From Fidelibacterota bacterium (GTDB lineage: Bacteria > Fidelibacterota > Marinisomatia > SCGC-AAA003-L08 > D37C17), in contig PANN01000009.1 in NCBI GenBank assembly GCA_002707645.1, positions 1,239 through 65,238 of the forward strand: a stretch of DNA of 64,000 nt, read 5' to 3'. The notes beneath the pieces are model-generated. The model saw nothing but the letters and a program-made list of their open reading frames with translations, searched no databases and was not told where the DNA came from. Position 1 is the first letter of the stretch; every line of letters starts with the position of its first letter. Position numbers and translations under genes: made by a program. Below are positions 9,167 through 22,269 of this stretch, piece by piece.

Positions 9167-10714
9167 ATGAATTCAATTAATCTTATTAATGGAAACATCA
9201 TTACTTTAAATGAAAAATTACCAAGAATCAATTCTTTGTCAATTGATAACGGAAAAATCTCATTAATTAATAATATCAATAAGAAATTTGATACGATTGA
9301 TTTAAAAGGGTCAACGGTAATTCCAGGTTTTATAGATTCTCATTTCCATTTAAAAAACTTTGGTAAGAGACTTAATCTCTTAGATTTAAAAAACATTAAA
9401 TCTTCGGAAGAGATAATTAACCTCGTTAAAAAGTGTGCAAAAAATAAAAATTCAGATGAATGGATATTAGGATTTGGTTGGGATCAAAATTTATGGTCAG
9501 ATAAATTATTTCCTCTAGCAAATAATTTAAATAATTTAAATATTAATCAACCAGTTTATTTAACACGTATTGATGGACATGCCGCTTGGGTCAATTCTTC
9601 TGCGATACAAAAAACGCATAAAACAGTTCACCAATTAGATGAAATTGATGGTGGTCAAGTAATTAATGATTGTATCTTGATTGATAATGCTATGAATCCA
9701 TTTAAATCTTTTTTGCCAGATGAAAGCATTGATAATGTAAAAGATTGGATTTTATTAGCTGCAAACAAAGCAGTACAAATGGGAATTACTACAGTTCATG
9801 ATGCTTGGCAAGATAGAACTATTGTTAATGCAATTAAAGAATTAATTAGTGAAGATAAATTCCCTATTCGTTGTTATGGAATGCTTGCAGGAAATGATCG
9901 AAGTTTGTTAAATGATTTTTTTAAAAATGGTCATTATAAGGATGAATATTTAACTATTAGATCTGTTAAAGCATTTATTGATGGAGCGCTTGGGAGTAGG
10001 GGAGCCGCATTACATGAGCCATATTGTGATGATGCTAATAATTGTGGTTTAATATTAATAAGTAAGGATGAATTCAGAGAGCTTGCCGAATTATGTTATA
10101 AAAATAATTATCAACTGAATACGCATGCAATTGGAGATAGAGGCAATACATACGTATTGGATCATTATGCAGCGGTTGTTGGTAAAAATAATGACAGAAG
10201 ATGGAGAATTGAACATGCTCAAATGGTTAACGATGATGATATGATGAAATTTAAACAATTCAATATACTGCCATCAATGCAGCCATCACACTGCACAAGT
10301 GATATGCATTGGTTGCCTGAAAGACTTGGTGAGCAGCGTTTAAAATTAATTTCAAGATGGCAATCTTTTATTAATTTAGGAATAAAAATCCCCGGAGGTT
10401 CTGATTGTCCTATAGAAACTGGTAATCCATTATTTGAATTTTTTGCAGCAGTTACAAGACAAAACCATAGTTTATTACCTGAAAATGGTTTTCAGCCTCA
10501 AGAAAAAATTCATTCTCAAAATGCATTAAATATGTTTACAAAATGGGGAGCATACGGCAGTTTTAATGAATATAATCAAGGACAAATTGAACTAGGATAT
10601 AATGGAGATTTAACAGTAATGTCAGATGATATATTGTCAGCAAGGCCTAAAAATATTTTAGGTGTTGATATACTATATACAATTGTAAATGGTAAGATAG
10701 TTTACAAGAAATAA
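9167..10714 (+). CDS. Amidohydrolase family protein (YtcJ-like metal-dependent hydrolase)
   Basis: PGFIDSHFHL metal-binding HxH motif, NTHAIGD, and a GSDCP Asp near the C-terminus. Confidence 0.75.
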   Translation: MNSINLINGNIITLNEKLPRINSLSIDNGKISLINNINKKFDTIDLKGSTVIPGFIDSHFHLKNFGKRLNLLDLKNIKSSEEIINLVKKCAKNKNSDEWILGFGWDQNLWSDKLFPLANNLNNLNINQPVYLTRIDGHAAWVNSSAIQKTHKTVHQLDEIDGGQVINDCILIDNAMNPFKSFLPDESIDNVKDWILLAANKAVQMGITTVHDAWQDRTIVNAIKELISEDKFPIRCYGMLAGNDRSLLNDFFKNGHYKDEYLTIRSVKAFIDGALGSRGAALHEPYCDDANNCGLILISKDEFRELAELCYKNNYQLNTHAIGDRGNTYVLDHYAAVVGKNNDRRWRIEHAQMVNDDDMMKFKQFNILPSMQPSHCTSDMHWLPERLGEQRLKLISRWQSFINLGIKIPGGSDCPIETGNPLFEFFAAVTRQNHSLLPENGFQPQEKIHSQNALNMFTKWGAYGSFNEYNQGQIELGYNGDLTVMSDDILSARPKNILGVDILYTIVNGKIVYKK

Positions 10715-10749
10715 AAACATTAAATAATCGAACAATATATTTGTATTAA

Positions 10750-11144
10750 TTATTTTTTATTAAATACAGAAATTCTATTCTTTGCTCTTAAAAGAGATTT
10801 ATTTGCCCGTTCCAAGTTCTGTGATTTATCACCTAAGCGTTCTTTTGCTTTTTTATAAGATTCTTCAGCACGTTTTTTATTAATGTTTTTTGATTCTTCG
10901 AATGTTTCAAGAAGTAATTGGACACCTTTAGATTGAATGTCTGTAAATCCACCGCTAGTTGAAAAATATAACGTTTTCCCACTAGTGTTAATTTTTATTT
11001 CTCCGATGTTGAGAGCAATAATTGAATTTGCATGATTTGCTTCAATACCAATTAATCCATCTAAACCAGGGATTCGTAAGTACGAAACATTTTCAAATGT
11101 ATGTGTACTCGTTGGTGTAATAATATCTAAATGAAAAGTACTCA

Positions 11145-11145
<1 letters not shown>
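10750..11145 (-). CDS. atpC: F1 ATP synthase epsilon subunit
   Basis: Position after atpD with an ATGA overlap. The size and the beta-sandwich plus helical C-terminus pattern fit. Confidence 0.9.
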
Positions 11146-13418
<2,273 letters not shown>

Positions 13419-13419
<1 letters not shown>

Positions 13420-14942
13420 TAGCTATTAAATGTTTTTGTAAATGAATCCAATGCGCTTTGTAGTTCTTTTTCATTTGCATCATCAAGTTTGCCTGATGAT
13501 GTAATGCTATCTATCGTATTTTGGTTGTTTGCTGATAAATATTCAACTAGTTCTTTTTCGTATTTACTAATATTTTCAATTCCAACCTCATCTAGATAGC
13601 CTTTAACGCCAGCATATAAAATAGCAATTTGATTTGCAACTGACATTGGTACATACTGGTTTTGTTTTAAAATTTCAACCATTATTTTACCACGATTTAA
13701 TTGTTGCAATGTCGATTCATCTAAATCAGAACCAAATTTAGCAAACGCTTCAAGCTCTCTGAATTGAGCTAAATCAAGTCTCAGTGTACCCGCAATAGAT
13801 TTCATTGCTTTTGTTTGTGCAGCTCCTCCAACTCTTGATACTGATATCCCAACATCAACAGCGGGTCTAACACCAGCATTAAATATATCAGAATCTAGGA
13901 AGATTTGACCGTCCGTAATTGATATTACATTTGTTGGAATATATGCAGACACATCACCTTCTTGTGTTTCTATAACTGGCAATGCTGTTAAAGAACCACC
14001 GCCTAAATCATCACTTAGCTTGCTAGATCTTTCTAGTAACCTGCTATGTAAATAAAATACATCTCCAGGATAAGCTTCTCTTCCAGGAGGTCTTCTTAAT
14101 AAAAGGGACATTTGTCTATATGCACTTGCCTGTTTTGTTAAATCATCATATACAATTAGAGCATGTTTACTATTATCTCTAAAATATTCCCCCATTGATG
14201 CACCCGCATATGGAGCTATATATTGCATTGGCGCTGGGTCAGATGCATTAGCCGCAACTACAATGGTATATTCCATAGCACCAGCTTTTTCCAGTTCATT
14301 AACTACCCTTGCAACTGTTGATGCTTTTTGTCCTATAGCAACATAGATGCAATAAACGGGATCCCCTGCTTTAAAAGCATCTTTTTGATTTATAATTGCA
14401 TCAATAGCAATTGCAGTTTTTCCAGTTTGCCTATCACCAATAATAAGTTCTCGTTGTCCTCTTCCAATTGGAATCATACTATCAATACTTTTTAATCCTG
14501 TTTGTAATGGTTCAACAACAGGTTGACGTTGCATAACCCCCAAAGCTTTACGTTCAATTTGGTAGGATTTTTTAGCACTTACAGCACCTTTACCGTCTAA
14601 AGGCTGTCCAAGAGGATTTACAACTCTACCTAGTAATTCATCTCCTACTGGCACTTCAACAATTTTCCCTGTTCTTTTAGCAGTATCACCTTCTTTTACT
14701 AAGCTAGAGTTTCCAAATAATACAATTCCTACGTTATCTGTTTCTAGATTAAGAGCCATACCAAAAACATTATTTGGCAGCTCAACTAGCTCTGAGCTCA
14801 TTATGTTCTCTAATCCACTAACTCTTGCAACACCATCACCAACATATGTTATTTCACCTACTTCAGAAACATCAATATCAACATTGTGGTTTTGTAATTG
14901 TTCTTTTAATAAAGATACTATTTCATCTGTTTTAAAATCCAT
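13419..14942 (-). CDS. atpA: F1 ATP synthase alpha subunit
   Basis: [13 protein letters not shown] Walker A and the expected ~507 aa length. Confidence 0.97.
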
Positions 14943-14954
14943 TATTACTCCTAA

Positions 14955-15482
14955 TTACATATTATGTAAAGTTTTTTTTAATTGATTTATTTGATAACTT
15001 ACAGAATTATCAAATATGTTGTTTCCAACTCGTAATTTCATTCCACCTATTATATTAGGGTCGATGATATTATTGACAGAAGGAGAATTGTTTAATATTC
15101 CATCTATTTTTTGTGAAAGAGAATTTAATTCTTCTTCACTTAATTTGATTGCTGTAATAATATCTACTTTATTAATACCTAAGTGAGATTCACTCAAATA
15201 GTTGAACTTTGATATGATTTTAAGCAACTCATTTGAGTGATTATTATTAATGATAATATTTAAAAATTCTAATGTTAATGGACTTAACATGTTTAATGCA
15301 TTATTTACTATATCTACTTTTTTATTTAAATCAATTTTCTTCGTTATGAATATCAATCTAAATGTGGATGTTTTTTTAAAAAGATAAGCAACTAATTGCA
15401 GTTCTTTCTTAACTGATAAAGTATTATTGACTTTAACGGATACATCAAAAAGTGATTTTGCATATTTACTACTATTATACAT
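14955..15482 (-). CDS. atpH: F1 ATP synthase delta (OSCP) subunit
   Basis: Operon position between atpF and atpA, and an OSCP-like YAKSLFDV N-terminus. Confidence 0.85.
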   Translation of the reverse strand: MYNSSKYAKSLFDVSVKVNNTLSVKKELQLVAYLFKKTSTFRLIFITKKIDLNKKVDIVNNALNMLSPLTLEFLNIIINNNHSNELLKIISKFNYLSESHLGINKVDIITAIKLSEEELNSLSQKIDGILNNSPSVNNIIDPNIIGGMKLRVGNNIFDNSVSYQINQLKKTLHNM

Positions 15483-15484
15483 TG

Positions 15485-16057
15485 TTAGTTCGCACGTTTG
15501 AATTCATCGACTGTTTCTTCAATCATTTTTTTATTATCATCACTATTTAAATTACGTTTTATAACTTTTTCAGATGCTTTAAGCGCAATATCAATAACAG
15601 TACTTTTAATTTCATTTAAAGCTTTTTGTTTTTCAGCATCAATTTGTTCTTTAGCTTTATGAAGCATACTATCATATTGTTCTTTACCATCTGTTTCAAG
15701 CTTTTGTTTTAATTTATCTCCAGCCTCTCTTGCATTACCAACAATTTCTTGTGCTTCATTTCTAGCTTTTTGTAATACCTCTTCATTTTTTTGAGCTTGA
15801 ACCTCAGCCTCTGCAGTAACTTTTTCAGCTTTTGATAAAGATTCTTCAATTTGTTTGGCACGAGCATCTAAGGCATCTATCAATGGACCCCAAGCCTTCC
15901 ATTTTAAAACAAGCAGCAGTACTAAAAAAGTTGCTATTGTCCATAATGTTAGACCGGTATTAGGCATTAACCAATCATTAATCCAACTGCCACCACCATC
16001 AGCAGCGAATAGACTATTGAAGATTACTATATAAATAAAATATTTCGATTTATTCAT
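15485..16057 (-). CDS. atpF: Fo ATP synthase b subunit
   Basis: Single N-terminal TM segment followed by a long charged coiled-coil. Operon position fits. Confidence 0.85.
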   Translation of the reverse strand: MNKSKYFIYIVIFNSLFAADGGGSWINDWLMPNTGLTLWTIATFLVLLLVLKWKAWGPLIDALDARAKQIEESLSKAEKVTAEAEVQAQKNEEVLQKARNEAQEIVGNAREAGDKLKQKLETDGKEQYDSMLHKAKEQIDAEKQKALNEIKSTVIDIALKASEKVIKRNLNSDDNKKMIEETVDEFKRAN

Positions 16058-16064
16058 ATATGTT

Positions 16065-16340
16065 TTATCCTACTACTGCAAGTATGCAAACAACTAGAGC
16101 GATAATAGCAACACCTTCAAGTAGAAATAAAGGAAGGTTAACTGCTCCGCTAATATCTTTAGCTGCTTCTGGTTGTCTTGCTATTGCATTAGCTGCAGCT
16201 GATGCAAACATGCCTATTCCAATTGCTGCTCCAATAACAATCATCCCAGCACCTAGAGGTGCAAATGCTGCTCCTGGATTAGCTGCAAATACTGAAGATA
16301 TACCAATCATACCTAGTGTTGTTTTTCTTAATATCGACAT
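16065..16340 (-). CDS. atpE: Fo ATP synthase c subunit
   Basis: Two-TM hairpin with the ARQPE loop and a carboxylate in helix 2 (LLEGVAI). AGGAG RBS. Confidence 0.95.
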   Translation of the reverse strand: MSILRKTTLGMIGISSVFAANPGAAFAPLGAGMIVIGAAIGIGMFASAAANAIARQPEAAKDISGAVNLPLFLLEGVAIIALVVCILAVVG

Positions 16341-16361
16341 TTTCTATTCTCCTTTTATTAT

Positions 16362-17534
16362 TTAATGATCTGCGTGAATTGCCATGCCAATAAAAACACA
16401 TGACAAAAGTGTAAATACATAAGCTTGTACTAAGCTCACAATTATTTCTAAACCATAAATTGCAGTATTTAATAATACAGCAATAAAGCCTGCGAAAAAC
16501 CCAATTGGATAATTTAGAACAGTTGGATCGGTTTGCCCTGCAATACCATTGCCAAGTATAATGGGTAATGCAAAAATTGCAACCATTCCGATATGACCTG
16601 CGGTCATATTAGCACCAAGTCTCATAATTAATGCAAAAGGTTTAACAAACATTCCAATAATTTCAATTGGAATCAATATAATTAATACTGGTGCAGGTAC
16701 ATCACTTGGCACCATATTTTTCCAATGGCCGATAAACCCATGTTTTCTAACACCTGCTACTATGATTGCAAAGAACGTAATGGTTGCAAGTCCTAAAGTA
16801 ACACCAAAATTACCAGTTGCAGTAGATCCGCCGCCGCCACCAATTTTAATAAACTCAAAAAATGGAATTAACCCCAGTAAATTGCAGGTTAAAATAAACA
16901 CAAAGAATGTCATAGCAACAGGAGTCCATGTTTTTGTATAGTTTTTACCAATATTAGGGATAACAATTTCTTTATTGATAAAGTCTATCAGAATCTCAAA
17001 AATCTGAGATAAGCCTGATGGTTTTGCATTAAGGTTTTTTCTGTATTTACTTGTTGCTAAAATTGAGATTATTAATGTTACAAATGCAGATATTAATAAC
17101 ATTATTATATGTTTAGATATTTGGATTCCATACATATCGACTGATTTGGAGTCAGCGACGTGGTGTAAAATAGCATTGCCCCAGCCAGTAAATTCTCCGG
17201 AAGCACCCAATAAAGTTGATATTAGGCTTATGATAAAAATAGAGATTTTATTTATTTTTGTCATTAGTTTAATATTTTTTTGACTTATTATGCCTTCAAT
17301 AATATGAAAAATTGTAAAATTCAAACTCCCTGAAATAATAAATTTATTATAATTAGAGATGCTTAAATTAAAAATAAAAAAGTAAATAAACATTGAAATA
17401 AATGATAATTTCAAAATAAATATTAATGCATGATTAGAAAAATAGTTTTTAGATAATTTAATTTCAAAGCAGTAAAACAATATTATATTTATTAGGCAGA
17501 AAAAAGATATTAATAAATTGAAAATTATGATCAT
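16362..17534 (-). CDS. atpB: Fo ATP synthase a subunit, with a ~90-aa hydrophobic N-terminal extension (alternative start at 17264)
   Basis: The C-terminal half has the a-subunit signature (LIMRLGANMTAGH and a conserved Arg). The start at 17534 overlaps the upstream stop as ATGA. Internal M91 (MTKINKISIF...) would give a typical ~300 aa protein. Confidence 0.85.
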   Translation of the reverse strand: MIIIFNLLISFFCLINIILFYCFEIKLSKNYFSNHALIFILKLSFISMFIYFFIFNLSISNYNKFIISGSLNFTIFHIIEGIISQKNIKLMTKINKISIFIISLISTLLGASGEFTGWGNAILHHVADSKSVDMYGIQISKHIIMLLISAFVTLIISILATSKYRKNLNAKPSGLSQIFEILIDFINKEIVIPNIGKNYTKTWTPVAMTFFVFILTCNLLGLIPFFEFIKIGGGGGSTATGNFGVTLGLATITFFAIIVAGVRKHGFIGHWKNMVPSDVPAPVLIILIPIEIIGMFVKPFALIMRLGANMTAGHIGMVAIFALPIILGNGIAGQTDPTVLNYPIGFFAGFIAVLLNTAIYGLEIIVSLVQAYVFTLLSCVFIGMAIHADH

Positions 17535-17722
17535 CGATTCATTTGCTTATATAACTCATAAAGCCCAACTATTGAACCTGTAATTAAGCATGCTACTAAC
17601 CAAATTGAATTATCAAATTTATTTTTAAAAAAAAATCCAATTATTCCAAAAAGTAAAATTGACCCCAAAATTGTAGAGGAAATACTTAATGCTTTTTGTA
17701 GATTTTTATTAAACTTGTTCAT
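17531..17722 (-). CDS. AtpZ/AtpI-like small membrane protein of the ATP synthase operon
   Basis: 63 aa with two TM helices, sitting immediately upstream of and coupled to atpB. Confidence 0.6.
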   Translation of the reverse strand: MNKFNKNLQKALSISSTILGSILLFGIIGFFFKNKFDNSIWLVACLITGSIVGLYELYKQMNR

Positions 17723-18110
17723 GGGCAGTATTTAAACTGCTAGAGGTTGAAGTGGCGTTACTATATTCCTCCTTAACCATGCTACACATTCCATCAAATT
17801 TGGCACCTTCTTCTAAGGTTATAATTGATGCTTTTAAATCACCCTTAAGGTATGCATCTTTTTTTAACGTTACTTTAGACTGTATGACTAAACTACCCTT
17901 AACAACCCCGCTTATTGAGGCATTCTTAGATTCGATATTTCCATTTACAACAGAGTCTTTTGCAGAAATAATATCGGAATCAGATTTCACATTACCATGA
18001 ATAGTTCCGTAAATTAATAAATCTCCTTTTACAGAAACATTCCCGTTAATTTCCATTTCAGGACCAATTATCGAACTAATACTATTATTTATATTCTTTA
18101 ATAGAGACAT
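17709..18110 (-). CDS. Bactofilin (polymer-forming cytoskeletal protein)
   Basis: Repetitive beta-helix pattern I/V-x-G-x-V/I-x-G (GNVSVKGDLLIYGTIHGNV..., ISGVVKGSLVI..., LKGDLKASIITLEEGAKFDG). Confidence 0.8.
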   Translation of the reverse strand: MSLLKNINNSISSIIGPEMEINGNVSVKGDLLIYGTIHGNVKSDSDIISAKDSVVNGNIESKNASISGVVKGSLVIQSKVTLKKDAYLKGDLKASIITLEEGAKFDGMCSMVKEEYSNATSTSSSLNTAHEQV

Positions 18111-18765
18111 CTTTTAATTCATACTCTTTTATAAAATCACGAGGGTCAAGTATATGATTATTTTTCCATATTTCAAAATGTAAATGTGGTCCATTGCTAT
18201 TGCCTGTTTGACCCACATATCCGATAATTTGTTTTGCTAGTATATAATCTCTTTCATTCACGATAGCTTTTTCTAAATGAGAATAAACGGTATAATAACT
18301 GTTAGGATGAGCAATAATAATAGTATTGCCATAATCATTTAATAAATTTGCAAAAACAACCATTCCTTCCTGGGCTGACAGTACTGGGCTATTTGCAGTC
18401 GCTGCAATGTCAATTCCATTATGATTTTTATTATTTTCACTTAGCCCTCTGGTTACAATCCCCTCCACTGGCCTATGATTTGGAGTTAGATTAAGATATT
18501 TTTTTACTGTGGTGCTATTAGCAATAACTGAATCAAGATTAACTAATTCAAATAAATTATTTGTTTCTTTTTTATAAGTCTGCATAAGATTATAGTCAAC
18601 TTGTTTTGCATGAGGAGAAATAAATCTAAATAAGCCAAATATAGAGAATATTAAAAACAATATTAGAGCTGATACTAAAATATAAAAACTAAACTTATTA
18701 ATTGATAAGGAATAATTTTTTTGAGTACTATTATTTAAAATAATAATATTATACTTTTTTTTCAT
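18085..18765 (-). CDS. M23 (LytM-type) peptidase with an N-terminal membrane anchor
   Basis: HNGIDIAA and GPHLHFEIW metal-binding motifs. One TM helix near the N-terminus. Confidence 0.85.
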   Translation of the reverse strand: MKKKYNIIILNNSTQKNYSLSINKFSFYILVSALILFLIFSIFGLFRFISPHAKQVDYNLMQTYKKETNNLFELVNLDSVIANSTTVKKYLNLTPNHRPVEGIVTRGLSENNKNHNGIDIAATANSPVLSAQEGMVVFANLLNDYGNTIIIAHPNSYYTVYSHLEKAIVNERDYILAKQIIGYVGQTGNSNGPHLHFEIWKNNHILDPRDFIKEYELKDVSIKEYK

Positions 18766-19603
18766 TTAAGATTTGTTTAATTATTTTAGTAAGATTTCTT
18801 TTAGAATGAAAATTAATTTCAATTTTACCATCTCCATTTTTTTTGGTTACAACACTAACGCTTGATTTAAGATAGTTAGATAGTTTTTCTTCTTTTTTTA
18901 TTGTTTGATTCTTTATTGTTTTTGTTTTAGTATCTGGATTATTAATTTTTTTTATCATATCTTCAGTATTTCTAACGCTTAATTTTTTGCCTATGATTTT
19001 TTTATGAACTGAACTCATATGAGATGTATTTTTTAAGCTTAGAATTGCTCTTGCATGACCGTATTCAATTTCTCTGTTTTTTAAACTTGCTTGTATATTA
19101 GCTGGCAATTTCAATAACCTCAATTTGTTTGCAACTTCTGATCTGCTTTTCGATATTTTTTTTGCAATATCTGCTTGACTAAAATTATATTTTTCTTTTA
19201 AAAATAAATATCCTTCAGATTCTTCCATAGCATTTAAGTTTGCTCTTTGAATATTTTCAATAAGTGCGAGTTCCATCATTTCAAAATCATTTTTAATATT
19301 CAATATATATGCTGGAACACTTGCTAGATTTATTTGTTTTGCAGCTCTATATCTTCTCTCGCCAGCAATAATTTCAAATGTATCATTACCAATATCCCTT
19401 ACAGTAAGAGGCTGTATTATACCTTTTTCTTTAATCGAATCAATAAGACTGTTCAATTTTTTTAAATTGAAAACTTTTCTCGGTTGGTTTTTGTTTGGAA
19501 TAATATTTTTAATAGGTAATTCTGAGTTGAAATGTTCGGATTCAATATTTGAATTATAGTTTCTAATTAGCGCTCCGAGTCCTTTTCCGAGTACTTTAGT
19601 CAT
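18749..19603 (-). CDS. parB: Chromosome partitioning protein ParB
   Basis: IQPLTVR and IIAGERRYRAA ParB box motifs, and an HTH region. Confidence 0.9.
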   Translation of the reverse strand: MTKVLGKGLGALIRNYNSNIESEHFNSELPIKNIIPNKNQPRKVFNLKKLNSLIDSIKEKGIIQPLTVRDIGNDTFEIIAGERRYRAAKQINLASVPAYILNIKNDFEMMELALIENIQRANLNAMEESEGYLFLKEKYNFSQADIAKKISKSRSEVANKLRLLKLPANIQASLKNREIEYGHARAILSLKNTSHMSSVHKKIIGKKLSVRNTEDMIKKINNPDTKTKTIKNQTIKKEEKLSNYLKSSVSVVTKKNGDGKIEINFHSKRNLTKIIKQILNEKKV

Positions 19604-20366
19604 TATTATGTAGAATTTCTGATACTAGATTCATATAGTTTTGTGAGCCAGTTGATGATGCATCATAAAGTATTATAGGTTTTCCATGACTTGGAGCCTC
19701 ACCAAGCTTGACATTTCTATTTATTAATGTTTTATATACCTTGTCTCCAAAATAATCCTGCACTTCTTTAAGCACTTGTTGAGACAAGTTTAATCGTGAA
19801 TCAAACATGGTAATTAATATTCCCTCAATCTCTAAATGTGAATTTAGATTTTTTTGAACTAATCTTATAGTATTTAATAGTTGTGATAAACCATCTAATG
19901 CATAGTATTCGCACTGTATTGGAATAATAATCGAATTGCTTGCTGTTAGTGCATTAATTGTTAATAATCCAAGAGATGGGGGGCAATCAATAATTATATA
20001 TTTATATTTTCCCATTATATTCTGAATAATTTGCTTCAAAATAGTTTCTCTTGTAAACATACTTACTAACTCTATTTCTGCGCCTGCTAATTTGGAGTTT
20101 GAAGGAATAATATCAAGGTAGTCAATCTCTGTTTTATATATAGCATTATTAATGTTTTTGTTATTTATCAGCAAGTCATACACTGACAACTTTTTATTAG
20201 AAACCCCTATTCCAGTTGATGCATTCCCTTGGGGATCCATATCAATTAGCAGTACGGGTGTTTCAGTGATTGCTAAAAAAGATGCAATGTTTACAGCTGA
20301 AGTTGTTTTGCCAACTCCACCTTTTTGATTTAATATAGTAATAATTTTTGTTTTAAATGATTTCAT
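19596..20366 (-). CDS. parA: Chromosome partitioning ATPase ParA/Soj
   Basis: Deviant Walker A NQKGGVGKTT and the DCPPSLG motif. Confidence 0.92.
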   Translation of the reverse strand: MKSFKTKIITILNQKGGVGKTTSAVNIASFLAITETPVLLIDMDPQGNASTGIGVSNKKLSVYDLLINNKNINNAIYKTEIDYLDIIPSNSKLAGAEIELVSMFTRETILKQIIQNIMGKYKYIIIDCPPSLGLLTINALTASNSIIIPIQCEYYALDGLSQLLNTIRLVQKNLNSHLEIEGILITMFDSRLNLSQQVLKEVQDYFGDKVYKTLINRNVKLGEAPSHGKPIILYDASSTGSQNYMNLVSEILHNND

Positions 20367-20523
20367 TATTAATTAAATAAGATTTTAAAATTTACAATTT
20401 CATATATTTTTATACAATATTAGTAATTTTAAAAGAAAATGTTTTATCTATGTAAAAAATTACTCTTAAATTTAACTAACTAAAAACTGTTAATTGAATA
20501 TTAATATACATATAATCCCCTAA

Positions 20524-22269
20524 ATGTTAGATAATTTAAAACTTAGATGGTTTATTATTGCTTGTATTCTAACCAGCTCTCTGTACTACATATATCCTTC
20601 AATTGATTATTATGTTATGGGCAACGATTCTAAACAAAAACAAAGTTTAAACCTAGGATTAGATTTAAAAGGTGGCCTAAATATTATATTAGAATTAGAC
20701 GACTATTTATTTTTAAAAAGATTATCTAAAAAAAATCTATCTAAACAATCTAAAAATGAATTTAATGATATTTTAAACAACGCACGAGAAAATGCAAATA
20801 AGAAAAGCTCCCAGATTATTAAAGAGATTGAATTATATGGAAAGTCCAATGATATTAAACTTAATAAATATTTTTCTAATTTAACAAAATCCTCAGATAA
20901 TTATCAGGTTATTCAAGAAATCAAAAAACAACATGAATATGCTATGCAAAGTATTCTTGATGTGATGCGAAATAGAATACAAGACCATGACCAGTATGGC
21001 GTTGGCGAACCCAGTATTCAAAAATTAGGTGACAACAGGCTGGTTGTAGAGCTAGCTGGAGTTTCAGATATCTCTAAAGCTAAAAAATATATTCAACGTA
21101 CGGCAGATTTTGAGTTATCGCTAGTAAAAAATCAAAATCAATTATCTGATATGATAAATAAAATCAATAATTATATTAATAAGAATATGAATGGAGTTCC
21201 TGCGTTAGATAGTTTGATGATTCCAGACCAAAGCTCTGAAGGGTATTTAGTGAGCACCCGTTATGTTCAGGAGATTAAAAAATTACTCAAAACTAACGAA
21301 ATTAGCGACTTAATAAAATCTAACAGTAAAATTGTTTGGGATAGCAAGCCTTTATCATATTATGATCAAGATAATCAATATATAGAATTTCAAAGATTAT
21401 ATTTAGTCTCATCAAACCCTGCTATATCTGGTGGTATGATTCAAACTCCCAAAGCAGTTGTGTCTGACATGGGCAATAATAATGCAGGTCAATGGGTTGT
21501 TAATTTAGATATGAGCAAAGAGGGTAGAAGGAAATGGAGTAAGTTTACAGGTGCAAATATTAACAGACAAGTAGCTATTATATTAGATGATCTGGTTTTT
21601 ATGGCTCCATTTATAAGAGATAAAATTTCATCTGGTAGTACACAAATTAGTGGTTTTGAAAGCATGCAAGAAGCTAAAGATATTGCAAGTGTTTTAAAAG
21701 CAGGAGAATTACCGGCTCCAATATCTATCGTCCAAACTAACTATGTGGGCCCGTCTCTAGGTGAAGACTCAATTGCAGATGGTGCTAATTCAATGATTAT
21801 AGGACTTTTACTGGTTTTAGTTTTTATGTTATTATATTATAAGGGGTCTGGTATTATTGCGAATTTAGCGGTTGTGTTCAATATTGTTATTGTTTTTGCT
21901 GTGCTATATACAATGAATGCTGTTTTAACCTTACCAGGTATAGCTGGCCTATTATTAACTATAGGAATGTCTGTTGATGCAAATGTTATTATTTTTGAAA
22001 GAATAAGAGAAGAAATCAATTCTAAAACTCCTAACTACGCAGCAATCAAAAATGGATATAACAAGGCGTTTATAACTATTCTTGATGCCAACGTAACAAC
22101 GCTATTAACAGCTTTTATTTTATCTTTTTTGGGATCTGGACCCATCGTTGGGTTTGCAACAACCCTTAGCGTTGGGATATTATGTTCTATGTTCACCGCA
22201 ATCTTTTTTACTAAAACAATTTTTTTAACATTATTGAAAATGAATCAAATTAAAAAGCTAAGTATATGA
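20524..22269 (+). CDS. secD: Protein translocase subunit SecD
   Basis: LGLDLKGG motif, a large periplasmic domain and a C-terminal 6-TM region. Followed by secF with an overlap. Confidence 0.92.
   Translation: MLDNLKLRWFIIACILTSSLYYIYPSIDYYVMGNDSKQKQSLNLGLDLKGGLNIILELDDYLFLKRLSKKNLSKQSKNEFNDILNNARENANKKSSQIIKEIELYGKSNDIKLNKYFSNLTKSSDNYQVIQEIKKQHEYAMQSILDVMRNRIQDHDQYGVGEPSIQKLGDNRLVVELAGVSDISKAKKYIQRTADFELSLVKNQNQLSDMINKINNYINKNMNGVPALDSLMIPDQSSEGYLVSTRYVQEIKKLLKTNEISDLIKSNSKIVWDSKPLSYYDQDNQYIEFQRLYLVSSNPAISGGMIQTPKAVVSDMGNNNAGQWVVNLDMSKEGRRKWSKFTGANINRQVAIILDDLVFMAPFIRDKISSGSTQISGFESMQEAKDIASVLKAGELPAPISIVQTNYVGPSLGEDSIADGANSMIIGLLLVLVFMLLYYKGSGIIANLAVVFNIVIVFAVLYTMNAVLTLPGIAGLLLTIGMSVDANVIIFERIREEINSKTPNYAAIKNGYNKAFITILDANVTTLLTAFILSFLGSGPIVGFATTLSVGILCSMFTAIFFTKTIFLTLLKMNQIKKLSI

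Noticed and set aside
16060-16365. 101-aa plus-strand ORF opposite atpE
   Set aside because: It is entirely antisense to the highly conserved c-subunit gene. The Ala/Pro-rich translation is a by-product of the Gly/Ala-rich codons on the other strand.
20367-20523. Possible oriC or parS in the parA-secD divergent intergenic region
   Set aside because: parAB is often near the origin. However, I found no convincing DnaA boxes (TTATCCACA-like) and no palindromic parS (TGTTNCACGTGAAACA) by eye here or elsewhere in the window, and dnaA, dnaN and gidA are absent.
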